This document shows, in pieces, positions 53,152-62,447 of a stretch of 64,000 nucleotides of DNA. The notes beneath the pieces are model-generated. The model did no database searches. It was given only the letters and a program-made list of their open reading frames with translations, and was not told where the DNA came from. How positions within the stretch are numbered: the first letter of the stretch is position 1; each line of letters opens with the position of its first letter. Position numbers and translations under genes: made by a program. Source of the DNA: Eubacteriales bacterium (lineage in GTDB: Bacteria; Bacillota; Clostridia; Saccharofermentanales; UBA5734); the NCBI GenBank assembly GCA_028685755.1, contig JAQUDJ010000007.1, positions 8,680 to 72,679 of the forward strand, given 5' to 3'.

Positions 53152-54606
53152 TTAATCGATTCGACGGATTTGCGGTGGCTTAGGTGGTTTTGGTGGATCG
53201 TTGCGGTCATCCGGATCGTGTTCTGGTTTATAGGCCGGCTCAGCCGGACGCATTGGCTCAACAGGGCGAACCGGAGTGGCCGTACGTATTGGCTCAGCAG
53301 GGCTAGTAGGCTCAGCGGTGCGAACTCGAACGGCAGGGCGTTCTGAGACGACAGGTCGTTCTGGTGTAAATGGGACACGACTACTGCGTTTGTCGGTCTG
53401 TTCCAGCGGACGAATATATTCAAAGTATGTCCAAATCAAGAAAATCGTGAGCAAAAGGCTCAGCAAAGCAAATATCCCGGTGCCGATCATCCAAAGATTA
53501 AATCCCGACGTCGTGACCGCAGCAAATACGCCCTCAGAGGCTTGCGTTTGACTCGCGATTGGCGTTGTTTCAGCACTAGTTTCAGATTGTGTGTCGACTC
53601 CCGGTGCGATCATCAGATAGGGAAAAATGAACTGATTGGACGGTCTGTACAGAAAGAAGCCTTTTTGGCCATCACTATCCATGAGATAGAGCAGATATGT
53701 TTCATAATATGGGTCATCTAACGCTGTGGCATCGGCCTTTTTCCAGCAATTAATCTGTAAATCATTGATCGTTAGGCTCGTGCTCGAAAAACCAGATGGG
53801 ACTATTGCTGATGCATCGGGGCGAACAAGCACAAAGTCGTGTCCTGGCACGGAAAACGGGGTGTAAAGGTAGACGGCATTCGCGTTCGAATCGTAAAAAT
53901 AAAGATTTGTGCCGCCAGCATCACTGTCAAGATAAATTAAGATCAAATCGCCCTGGGTCGCCTTGAAAGCTTCCATTCGAATGCCACTAATCGCGATTGC
54001 GGTGCGATAAAAGCCGGTCGGCGTCGGGAAATCTTGGGGGATCGCGACAACTTCATACGTGCCATCAGTCAATTCTAGGTTCGCCACTTGCGCCGTCGAA
54101 GTGGTCTCTAGCGTGGCAGTTGTCGCACCAGTTGTTGCGCCGGTCGCCAAAACATCCACCGAGACGGACGTACTCGCGGGGCTTTCATCGTTAATGACAG
54201 CATTGGAGGTCGTGAAAGTCGCTTGACCTTCAGCCTTAGCTTTGAAGGTTATTTTGCAGAGTTTGTTCACATTGGCAATACCCGTATCACCATAGGCAAA
54301 AACAGCAATGCTTGAGCCATTGTTGTCAACCGAACTTGAGCCATTCAAACCAGTCAGATCTGATCCTGAAACATATTCAAAAAGTTCCGTATTGAACCCA
54401 ACTGTGACCTGGTACGCGGATATCGTTACAGCTGGCACGGCAGAAAAGGTAATCGTCACGGTACTCCCAGCTGTCACTGAACTGTTACTGCTGGTGACTT
54501 GGCCAACGATGCCCTCGGCGTAAACCGCCTGAGCGGGCAAAAGAGCACCGAGCAGGATGGCCAGCAAACCGATCCAAGCGAATTTTTTAAAAATTGATGA
54601 ACGCAT
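53152..54606 (-). CDS. Membrane-anchored surface protein: signal peptide, cohesin-like module, beta-rich middle domain, TM helix, Pro-rich cytoplasmic tail
   Basis: 484 aa with signal peptide ...LLPAQAVYA. The cohesin-like pattern is annotated separately below. TM segment FNLWMIGTGIFALLSLLLTIFLIW. The tail carries degenerate RP(V/A)xP repeats and PPKPPKPP. Confidence 0.6.
   Translation of the reverse strand: MRSSIFKKFAWIGLLAILLGALLPAQAVYAEGIVGQVTSSNSSVTAGSTVTITFSAVPAVTISAYQVTVGFNTELFEYVSGSDLTGLNGSSSVDNNGSSIAVFAYGDTGIANVNKLCKITFKAKAEGQATFTTSNAVINDESPASTSVSVDVLATGATTGATTATLETTSTAQVANLELTDGTYEVVAIPQDFPTPTGFYRTAIAISGIRMEAFKATQGDLILIYLDSDAGGTNLYFYDSNANAVYLYTPFSVPGHDFVLVRPDASAIVPSGFSSTSLTINDLQINCWKKADATALDDPYYETYLLYLMDSDGQKGFFLYRPSNQFIFPYLMIAPGVDTQSETSAETTPIASQTQASEGVFAAVTTSGFNLWMIGTGIFALLSLLLTIFLIWTYFEYIRPLEQTDKRSSRVPFTPERPVVSERPAVRVRTAEPTSPAEPIRTATPVRPVEPMRPAEPAYKPEHDPDDRNDPPKPPKPPQIRRID
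54156..54516 (-). other. Cohesin-like domain (aa about 31-150 of the 484-aa protein)
   Basis: VTAGSTVTITFSAVPAVTISAYQVTVGFNTELFEYVSGS...GSSIAVFAYGDTG...LCKITFKAKAEGQATF follows the cohesin beta-sandwich sequence pattern. This is pattern-level recognition only. Confidence 0.5.
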
Positions 54607-54618
54607 TGAGCCTCCGGA

Positions 54619-57600
54619 TTATTGGTTGATAGTCAATTTGCTCCGGACATGCTTGAATGCCGTCGCGACGTCGGTAATGTTTACTTTTGTATTGCGATCT
54701 GTGTCTCCGGCCAATTGATAAGCCGTACCAAGTGTTTGTTTGTTTCTGACATATTTGTAGAGTGTTGCCACGTCGGTAATATTGATCGAGCCGTCACCAT
54801 TAGTATCACCATAAACGATCGCCGTATAACTGGCAGATACGCTTGTGCCAGACAGAATTTGAATGAGATAACCGGTGCCAATCAATGCGCTTGAGCTGAT
54901 TGTGCTACCTGCTGCGTTTTTGACGCTGACTGTCGATCCACTGGGTATACTCAGCTGACTCGACAACGCAGAAACCGTATTGAGTCTCGCCGATGGATCT
55001 AATCCGGTGATCAGATTGCCACTGATGCTGTAAGTTGAACTCTGCACGACTACAGCGGGTTCGTCGCCACCGCCGCCACCGCCACTGCTCGCAGCTTCGG
55101 TTGTTGCCGTGGTGGTTGTTGTCGTTGTTGTGGTTGTCGGTGAATCAACCGATACCGTAACCACAGTAATTTCTGGAATAATCGCGGCTAATTGGACAGA
55201 GACTGTTTCCTCGATCGGATCTTCGCTAGGTTGAACAACAGCTTCAGCAGTCGGGTCGATATTGGTGATAACCACTGATCCTTCCGACGATAAATTCCCT
55301 ACAGAATCCTGAGCCCGGAAATAAATGGTACCGTTTTCTGTCAAGGACACTGGACCTGTGTAACTAGTCCAGGTGCCCGCTGTGCCAATTTTGTATTCGC
55401 GAATCGCCGAATCTGTACTAAAGGTCGCGGTCACAACGACTCGGCCACTTGTTGAAATGGTCGGCGAGGCACTGGCAGTCGGTGTTGTAGGGGCTGTAGT
55501 ATCGATGTTGCTGATAACGTATGAACCTTCGGCAGACCAGTTGCCAACTGCATCTTGAGCTTTTAAGTAAAGTGTGCCATTCGTGGTGAAACTAATCGCT
55601 TCTATATAATCGATCCAAGTGCCGTCAACACCTATTTTATATTGTTTGACATGTGAGTCGCTGTCAAAGGTTGCCGTGACAGTGATCGCATCCTTTGTTG
55701 GGAGGGCGGTTGAGGCTGCGGCGGTCGGTGTAGTCGGGGCTGTTTTGTCAATCGACGTCATGGTAACGGTCTGCGTGGTCACATTACCAGCTGAATCAGT
55801 CGCGATAAATGTATAATTGCCGTTTGCGCTAAATGTGTAACTCGTTGCATTCAATGAGCCCTCATTTGTTGAAACTGAAACTGTGATGTTGCCGTTGGTC
55901 ATCGCTGTTGAATAGTCCGCAACCGTGATAATTGGCGGTGTCGTATCAATGTTCGAGATGACAGTTGAAGTAACCGTTGACCAGATGTTATTCGATTGGC
56001 CATAGTCATTTTGTGATTTAAAACTGACTGTTGTATTTTCAGTCACTTCGACTGGAGTCGTGTAGAGTTGCCAATCGGAATCCTCAGTTAACTTATATAG
56101 CTTATTGATCGAGCCCGCACTAAACGTCGGGGTGACCGTCACGGTGTCATTTGTTGGTTCTGTTGTCGAGACCGTCGCAGTCGGCGCGATTGTGACAGTC
56201 TGATCAATATTGGCAATGTCGATCGAACCTTCAAGCGAAGGTGTGTTTACCGCATTGATGCCCTTGAAATAGACTGTTGTATTCGCATCGATGGTTAGTG
56301 GTGTGGTGTATGTTTCCCATGTTCCAGTCGCACCAATTTTGTATTGTTTAGTCACTGAATCCGTGCTGAAAGTTGGCGTAACAGTGACGTTACCATCGGT
56401 CTGCGTGAGTGGATAAGCGACGGCCGTTGGAGTGGCTGGAACGGTTGTGTTGATATTGGTTATATCCAGTGACCCTGTTAGGGACCAGTTGCCAACCGCA
56501 TCTTGGGCTTTGAAATAGATCGTCGCATTGGCACTGATAGAAACAGGCTCGGTGTAGATTGTCCACGTGCCGTTTTCGCCAAGACGATATTGTTGCACAA
56601 CCGCGTCTTCTGAGAAACTCGCGGTGACTGTCACAGGATTACCAGTTTCGACCGTTGTCGAAGCAATTGCGGTCGGTGTAGTCGGGGCTGTGGTGTCAAT
56701 ATTGCTGACCTCGAATTGGCCAATGAGCGAGTAATTGCCAGCAGCATCCTGTCCACGGAAGTAGATCGTATTGTTGGCACTCACCATGAATGGTGCTGTG
56801 TACGTTGTCCACGTGCCGTTTTCCCCGATCTTGTATTCACGGCTGGCTGAATCTGCACTGTAACTCGGTGTGATCGTAACTGGTAGATTCGTTGCAGTTG
56901 TCAGTGAGGCTGTGGCAGTTGGTGTTGTGGGGAGAACTGTGTCGATATTATTGACCACATAGGCGCCTTCAGTTGACCAGTTACCGGCTGCATCCTGAGC
57001 TTTGAAGTAAATCGTATCATTGGCGGTCACGACAACGGGGCTGGAATAAGCGGTCCATGTGCCCGTGCTGCCAACTTTGAATTGTTTGATGACAGTGTCC
57101 GTGCTAAATGTTGGGGTCACGCTGACTGAGGTACTTGTCGTGGTGGATGGTGTTGCCAAAGCAGTAGGTGTAGTTGGCGCAACCTTGTCAATCGTGTTAA
57201 TCGTTACGACTTGCGTGGTGATGTTGCCAGTTTCATCCGTCGCGGTAAAGGTAAAAGTACCATTTTCGGTAAAGGTATAGCTCGTAGCATTGAGTGTGCC
57301 TTCATTTGTAGTCGCGGTGACTGTGATATCCGTATTCACCGGGGTCGTTGCATAGCTAGAAAGCGTGATCACAGGTGGCGTGATGTCAGTTGGCAGCTGG
57401 CGAATCACATTCAACGTATAGTTGCGTGGATCATTGCCGTAACTGGCTTGTACCGTCACTGTGTACGTATTATTGCCAACTTCGAGCGAACCTGGGCCGG
57501 TAATGGTTACTGCCGCGTATTGGGATTCGGTTGTCGTCTGAATGTCGGCCGTTGTTGTTGTGTATGGAACGGTCACACTGTAGCCACTGGTTGTTGAACG

Positions 57601-59097
57601 GTTAAAGGTCGGGCTAACTGCCGTGCCGTTAACTTTTAGGCTCGACAAATAATTATTGACGTTGGAATTGCCAACGGGGAGCGGAACGGGCTCGTCCGGC
57701 ATATTGTCATATACCGGAATGTTGAAAACAAAATTGCTATTTATGATCCCCATCGAATTATAGGTGGACGACAAGCTCGCTGATTCTGCATACGGTGCAC
57801 TAATATTCGTCATGTATTGATGCCAATACAGACCATAGACAGTATCATACATGACGTCGAATTTTTGCAGGTAAAGGGAATCTTGGCCAGCATTGATATA
57901 GCTAGCACCAATATATTTAGCACCGCCAACTATCGAACGATAGCGACCAAGGGCATTGGTAACGTTACCTGAACCATCAAGTGTGTCTTGCCAAGGAATA
58001 AGATAGCGTTCGTCTGTCGTCGTATAAGCACTACTACGGTCAGAGCCAAGCAAAGCCCATTGCAGGCCATTGATAATTGGATCGCCGGTGTCACTTGCAC
58101 CAATGTTGTAGTAGTTATAAACACGAGGATAACTTGCTGAGTATGTTCCCGTTACCGAACCAGAGTAGTTTCCAACTTCTTGACGTGACCGAGCCGCTAA
58201 GTGATAGGGGCTGACATCGGATGCATTTGCTGCATCAATGAAGGCTTGAGCATACGTCATTTGGCCTCCATTATAGGCAAATGACGCGTTGTTCCCCATA
58301 AAAGTCGTACCAAAGATCGCATTGACACCGGCAGCCGTATGAATCTCACTGTCGTAACTCAATGATTCGAACATAAAGATACGATAGCTATCAAGCATAT
58401 TGCGTGGATCCATATAGAAGCTCAAGGTCTGGCGATTAGCCATGACCCAGCCAGCAGATGAGATCGCCGCGCCCCCGTAATCAATCCAGGAATTTGACGC
58501 GGCAACGTAGGTAATTGGATTCGTCGAGCGCAGAGATTTGTTGAACGTCATCGGAATCAAACTGCGAAAGGCCGCGCTTTCATTATCGAGGACGGTATTC
58601 CAGTTTAAATTGGTGTCTTGTGCGCGGAAAACCCAATCGGGATGTAAGGCATGGAGTTTGCGCAAGGCGGGCTTATAGCTGTCAGGGAAACCCTGTGTAC
58701 TAAGATATGATTCGAAGGTAGCATCGGCAGACGTAGTCGTCGCCCGTACATAAGCGGATGAAATATAGCCGGTCCGCGGATAATTACCGCTGACATAAGT
58801 CACGAGATACCATGTGTTTCCCCCGTTGACCTCTGATGTCCAAACATAAACACGGTGCCCATCACTTAAGTAATCGATGACATTATTATCGACTGAGGGT
58901 GAGCTCCGAATGTTGACTGTACCTGAACTTAAGGTGACATTCATCCATTGACGGACAAATGATAGGGCTTGCACATTGACGTCTATCCCTGCGAAAGGAC
59001 CAACTTGGCCAACAACCAAAGTTGCTGTCAGCAAAAATGCTGCCAGGCGAGCCCATGTTTTTTGATGAATTTTGGAAATTTTTGAGTTCACGATCAT
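54619..59097 (-). CDS. Large secreted cell-wall protein: SH3b, GH73-like N-acetylglucosaminidase region, cadherin-like domain, 9 Ig-like or Fn3-associated repeats, poly-T/poly-G linker, C-terminal dockerin
   Basis: 1492 aa with a signal peptide. SH3b (VNIRSSPS..). A glucosaminidase-type block (FPDSYKPALRKLHALHPDWVF...GGAKYIGASYINAGQDSLYLQKFDV). A cadherin-like block (LSSLKVNGTAVSPTF...YTLNVIR). Repeats and dockerin are annotated separately below. Confidence 0.8.
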   Translation of the reverse strand: MIVNSKISKIHQKTWARLAAFLLTATLVVGQVGPFAGIDVNVQALSFVRQWMNVTLSSGTVNIRSSPSVDNNVIDYLSDGHRVYVWTSEVNGGNTWYLVTYVSGNYPRTGYISSAYVRATTTSADATFESYLSTQGFPDSYKPALRKLHALHPDWVFRAQDTNLNWNTVLDNESAAFRSLIPMTFNKSLRSTNPITYVAASNSWIDYGGAAISSAGWVMANRQTLSFYMDPRNMLDSYRIFMFESLSYDSEIHTAAGVNAIFGTTFMGNNASFAYNGGQMTYAQAFIDAANASDVSPYHLAARSRQEVGNYSGSVTGTYSASYPRVYNYYNIGASDTGDPIINGLQWALLGSDRSSAYTTTDERYLIPWQDTLDGSGNVTNALGRYRSIVGGAKYIGASYINAGQDSLYLQKFDVMYDTVYGLYWHQYMTNISAPYAESASLSSTYNSMGIINSNFVFNIPVYDNMPDEPVPLPVGNSNVNNYLSSLKVNGTAVSPTFNRSTTSGYSVTVPYTTTTADIQTTTESQYAAVTITGPGSLEVGNNTYTVTVQASYGNDPRNYTLNVIRQLPTDITPPVITLSSYATTPVNTDITVTATTNEGTLNATSYTFTENGTFTFTATDETGNITTQVVTINTIDKVAPTTPTALATPSTTTSTSVSVTPTFSTDTVIKQFKVGSTGTWTAYSSPVVVTANDTIYFKAQDAAGNWSTEGAYVVNNIDTVLPTTPTATASLTTATNLPVTITPSYSADSASREYKIGENGTWTTYTAPFMVSANNTIYFRGQDAAGNYSLIGQFEVSNIDTTAPTTPTAIASTTVETGNPVTVTASFSEDAVVQQYRLGENGTWTIYTEPVSISANATIYFKAQDAVGNWSLTGSLDITNINTTVPATPTAVAYPLTQTDGNVTVTPTFSTDSVTKQYKIGATGTWETYTTPLTIDANTTVYFKGINAVNTPSLEGSIDIANIDQTVTIAPTATVSTTEPTNDTVTVTPTFSAGSINKLYKLTEDSDWQLYTTPVEVTENTTVSFKSQNDYGQSNNIWSTVTSTVISNIDTTPPIITVADYSTAMTNGNITVSVSTNEGSLNATSYTFSANGNYTFIATDSAGNVTTQTVTMTSIDKTAPTTPTAAASTALPTKDAITVTATFDSDSHVKQYKIGVDGTWIDYIEAISFTTNGTLYLKAQDAVGNWSAEGSYVISNIDTTAPTTPTASASPTISTSGRVVVTATFSTDSAIREYKIGTAGTWTSYTGPVSLTENGTIYFRAQDSVGNLSSEGSVVITNIDPTAEAVVQPSEDPIEETVSVQLAAIIPEITVVTVSVDSPTTTTTTTTTTATTEAASSGGGGGGDEPAVVVQSSTYSISGNLITGLDPSARLNTVSALSSQLSIPSGSTVSVKNAAGSTISSSALIGTGYLIQILSGTSVSASYTAIVYGDTNGDGSINITDVATLYKYVRNKQTLGTAYQLAGDTDRNTKVNITDVATAFKHVRSKLTINQ
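54622..54810 (-). other. Type I-like dockerin module (two Ca-binding F-hand repeats)
   Basis: GDTNGDGSINITDVATLYKYV and GDTDRNTKVNITDVATAFKHV. Both show the D-x-(N/D)-x-(D/N)-x6-D spacing of dockerin calcium loops. Confidence 0.8.
55250..57395 (-). repeat. Intragenic tandem domain repeats (7 copies of an approximately 82-aa unit, 2 copies of an approximately 70-aa unit)
   Basis: The roughly 82-aa unit is TTPTA.AS....VTVT..FS.DS..K.YK.G..GTWT.YT.P.....N.TIYFK.QDA.GN.S..G...I.NIDTT.P, seven copies. The roughly 70-aa unit is PP(V/I)IT...Y......(D/N)ITV...TNEG(T/S)LNATSYTF..NG.(F/Y)TF.ATD..GN.TTQ.VT...IDK.AP, two copies. The same periodicity is visible in the DNA. Confidence 0.85.
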
Positions 59098-59220
59098 GTT
59101 ATTTCCGCCTCATCCAATGCGCAAGTTAGAATTGTCCACTTGGATTTTAGCACGGCAAGTCGAATTGATTGTTACAAATTCCTTGCGATACCGATGCACT
59201 GCGGTTAAATGTCGATTGCT

Positions 59221-60648
59221 TCAAAACGCTTCGTGCCTGGGCTTTTCATCAATCGGCACGGGAAAATTGTGTTGCGGTATACCTGAATGGCGATAAAGTT
59301 TGGTTCCATTGAGTAATCCATGGACGACAACCCGGACGGTCTTCATAATAATCGACAAATCGAGGAGAAATGAATACGTTTTGATATACATCAGGTCGAA
59401 TCTCAGTTTGTCTTCCGGTGAAGTATCGTAATGGCCCGATATTTGAGCGAGCCCAGTCAATCCCGATTTAACTTTCAGGCGTTGATTGTAGCCGGTAATA
59501 TTATCTTCAAATTCGCCGATCGTGATCGGACGATCTGAGCGTGGACCAACCGTAGACATATCCCCAACTAAAATATTGAAAAATTGCGGCAATTCATCAA
59601 GGCGTGATTGGCGCAGGATGCGGCCAACACGGGTCACGCGTGGGTCGTTGGCAGAGGATTGAAAGGCACCAAATTTCGCCTCGGCATTGTGGATCATGGT
59701 GCGGAATTTATAAATTTTGTGGACTCGGCCTGAAATCGTAATACGTTCCTGTGAATAGAATGCTGGCCCTTTGGAATCGATGCGAATCGCAATAGCGATA
59801 GCTAATTGAAAAGGTGCAGTCAATACGAGGACTAACGCTGAGAAAACCACATCAAAGGCCCGCTTCAAAATGCGTTGCTGAAACGTTAAGCCGAGATTGT
59901 CGACTAGAAATGTTGGCATGTCTGAAAATTGGATAACTCTAAACTTGGAGAGCACGAGTTCCGAATATTGCGGCACAATATAAAGCGTCTTGTCCTGATC
60001 GATGCAATATAAGTAGATTTTTTCCTTGTCGATTTCTGCTAATTCCGGCGAAACGAGAACTTCTGAGCTTTTATCGATCATCCAATAGAGATCTTTTTCT
60101 TGGTCAGCTAGCACATAGCCTAAGTAGACGAGATTGAGTCGATGAAGCTCACCGGCGGCTTTGACGAACATGCGATCCGCATCTTCGATGGTGCGAGCGA
60201 TGATTAACAGTCGGCCATTTGAATAAATTTGTTTACTGATCTGCAACGAGAGGATCGACCAGCCCATGATCATCAAGGACATCGGAATCGCACTGAAGGC
60301 TAAAACATAGCGCGGAAAAGCGTTGTATTGGAAAAAATAAGCAATCGTTGATGCTGTTAAAATCGTTAACAAGGTGTATTGGACTGAGGTGCGGAAAATA
60401 TCGGTCTTGGTTTTGCGGAAAAAGTGCGTCATTCCCAGCAAGTCAATGTAGATAATTGCGCCAAGCATCAACAAAGGGACCGTGTTGATGTAATCTTGGA
60501 AGCTGACCTTGAACATCGGCACAGTCGGGTCGTAAATAAGGTAAAATCCAGCAACGATTGCCAGATTAATACAGGCGAGCACGCCGAAAATATAAAAAAC
60601 TTTAAATAAATGGGCTGTCGATGAACGGCGGCGAGTTTCGTTTGTCAT
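59221..60648 (-). CDS. Polyprenyl-phosphate glycosyl-1-phosphate (priming) sugar transferase, WbaP/EpsE-like
   Basis: 475 aa. N-terminal TM bundle. The C-terminal bacterial sugar transferase domain has KRAFDVVFS, KFRTM and DELPQFFNIL.GDMS.VGPR. Confidence 0.85.
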   Translation of the reverse strand: MTNETRRRSSTAHLFKVFYIFGVLACINLAIVAGFYLIYDPTVPMFKVSFQDYINTVPLLMLGAIIYIDLLGMTHFFRKTKTDIFRTSVQYTLLTILTASTIAYFFQYNAFPRYVLAFSAIPMSLMIMGWSILSLQISKQIYSNGRLLIIARTIEDADRMFVKAAGELHRLNLVYLGYVLADQEKDLYWMIDKSSEVLVSPELAEIDKEKIYLYCIDQDKTLYIVPQYSELVLSKFRVIQFSDMPTFLVDNLGLTFQQRILKRAFDVVFSALVLVLTAPFQLAIAIAIRIDSKGPAFYSQERITISGRVHKIYKFRTMIHNAEAKFGAFQSSANDPRVTRVGRILRQSRLDELPQFFNILVGDMSTVGPRSDRPITIGEFEDNITGYNQRLKVKSGLTGLAQISGHYDTSPEDKLRFDLMYIKTYSFLLDLSIIMKTVRVVVHGLLNGTKLYRHSGIPQHNFPVPIDEKPRHEAF

Positions 60649-60676
60649 GACGCTTATTATAGCATGAGTTCTCGTC

Positions 60677-61291
60677 TCAATTCAGCTGTCCAATTTGGAG
60701 ATCATCGAGGGATTTATGGAATGATGGCAGCTCTTGTTCAATAAAATGTCGTACTTCTGGTAAGTCAATTCGTGCTAGACTCTCGCGGATACTTTCCCCT
60801 GCCTGATGAAATTCGCGGTTGCCCGCCTTTTCTTCGTCGATGCATTTAATATAGGCGCTGATTCGATCCGCTGCTTTGACAAGGCGCATGGCTTCATCGG
60901 TTGCATGGTCTTGGCGATCCGGGATCAGTAACTCGCGATAGGCATCTTTTAAATCATCGGATACGAGCATGAGGAGCTGCTCGGCCGCAATTGCTTCGAC
61001 TGCCTGATAAGCATCCTTGATCGTGGGGTTGTAATATTTGACCGGGGTCGGTAAATCACCGGTCAGAATTTCGGCCGCATCATGAAAAATCGCAAGGAGT
61101 GCCACTTTGGCCGGATCTACAGCCACTCGATCTGCCGCATAAAAGCGCGAGCGGATTTCTGCCAAGGCATGCGCGATGATTGCCACCTCCAACGAATGCT
61201 CTTGAATGTTTTCAGTTTGCGTATTGCGCATTAAACCCCAACGGTTGATGTAACGCATCCGATGTAGCATCGCATAAAAGTTTTGTCCCAT
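60677..61291 (-). CDS. HD-domain 5'-deoxynucleotidase (YfbR-like)
   Basis: 204 aa with RMRYINRWGLMRNT..ENIQEHS and HDAAEILTGDLPTPVKY. Confidence 0.8.
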   Translation of the reverse strand: MGQNFYAMLHRMRYINRWGLMRNTQTENIQEHSLEVAIIAHALAEIRSRFYAADRVAVDPAKVALLAIFHDAAEILTGDLPTPVKYYNPTIKDAYQAVEAIAAEQLLMLVSDDLKDAYRELLIPDRQDHATDEAMRLVKAADRISAYIKCIDEEKAGNREFHQAGESIRESLARIDLPEVRHFIEQELPSFHKSLDDLQIGQLN

Positions 61292-61316
61292 AACAGCGCC
61301 TCCTAGCCAGGTTCGA

Positions 61317-62447
61317 TCAGAACCAATAAACGTCCTCGAAACTTTTGGTAGCGAACGAATCGGTCATTCCAGCTATGTAATCAATGACCTGTTGCGCGAG
61401 TGAATCAGTCGGGCAAGGATGATTCTCGATGAAGGTCGCGAAGTCGCGAAAGGTCCGTTGTTTGCTTGTCTTGAGCTTTTCAAGATCGGTTCCAGCAACA
61501 ATGAGTACTTCGTACAGACCTTCTGTGACGTTCTTGACCATGTTTTCGTATCGTTTAATTTTGTCGGAACGATAGATACGTGCGACATTTTCGCGCAGTA
61601 AGTCTTCCATAGCCAAGCCATGTTCCGGTGACAGAATGATCGCATCCTGGCCTGCACTGTGTTCGATAATATCGTTAACTAACGTATTGATAATCTGGCC
61701 ATTTGTCGCACCAAGTGTGTTGCGAATTGCTGCCGGAATATCTTCGAATTCCATTATCCCAGCCCGGGCCGCATCTTCGATGTCGCGACCAACGTAGGCA
61801 ATTTTGTCAGCAATTCGCACAACACAGCCCTCAAGTGTGGCTGGCATGCCATGTTGACAAGCGTCTGAAATGAGGTCTTGTTCATGTTTGAGGCGATTGG
61901 GAGTCATTTCATATTCACTGTAAGTCTCACCACAGTGACTGGCAATTCCATCACGGGCCTCAAAACTGAGATTGATTCCATGGCGATCCTTATGCTCGGA
62001 GAGCTTGTCGACCACTCGCAAACTATGTAATTCGTGTTTGAAGTATAGACTCGGATCACTTTTTTTGATGCATGCGTCTAACATGCGTTCACCGCTGTGC
62101 CCAAAGGGCGCGTGACCGAGATCGTGACCGAGCGCAATGGCTTGAATGAGATCAGGATTGAGACCTAATGCCCGGCCAATTGTATTCGCGATATAGTTGA
62201 CATATATTACGTGCTCCATGCGGGTGCAGATATGGTCATTTTGCGGATCAAAGAACACTTGTGTCTTATGGCGCAATCGCCGAAACTCCATTGAAAAGAT
62301 GATGCGGCCGGCATCCCGCTCAAAGATTGTCCGCACTGTGCATTCTTTCTCTGGCAGCATACGGCCCCGCGAATCATGACTACGGGCGGCAAAAGGACTT
62401 AGGTGCTTTTCTTGTTCTTCTTTTATTTCACGAACTAAACGCGTCAT
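61317..62447 (-). CDS. dgt: dGTP triphosphohydrolase-like HD-domain protein
   Basis: FERDAGRIIFS..FRRL..KTQVF, R.EHV, ALGHDLGHAPFGH. Start moved to the Met at 62447 (MTRLVREI...), which overlaps the upstream stop as ATGA. The 33 upstream codons of the listed ORF overlap the DUF362 gene. Confidence 0.85.
   Translation of the reverse strand: MTRLVREIKEEQEKHLSPFAARSHDSRGRMLPEKECTVRTIFERDAGRIIFSMEFRRLRHKTQVFFDPQNDHICTRMEHVIYVNYIANTIGRALGLNPDLIQAIALGHDLGHAPFGHSGERMLDACIKKSDPSLYFKHELHSLRVVDKLSEHKDRHGINLSFEARDGIASHCGETYSEYEMTPNRLKHEQDLISDACQHGMPATLEGCVVRIADKIAYVGRDIEDAARAGIMEFEDIPAAIRNTLGATNGQIINTLVNDIIEHSAGQDAIILSPEHGLAMEDLLRENVARIYRSDKIKRYENMVKNVTEGLYEVLIVAGTDLEKLKTSKQRTFRDFATFIENHPCPTDSLAQQVIDYIAGMTDSFATKSFEDVYWF

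Noticed and set aside
53100-53423. 107-aa minus-strand ORF spanning the gtrA start and the cohesin-protein 3' end
   Set aside because: It is out of frame with two better-supported genes. Its sequence is the frame-shifted reading of the Pro-rich repeat region.
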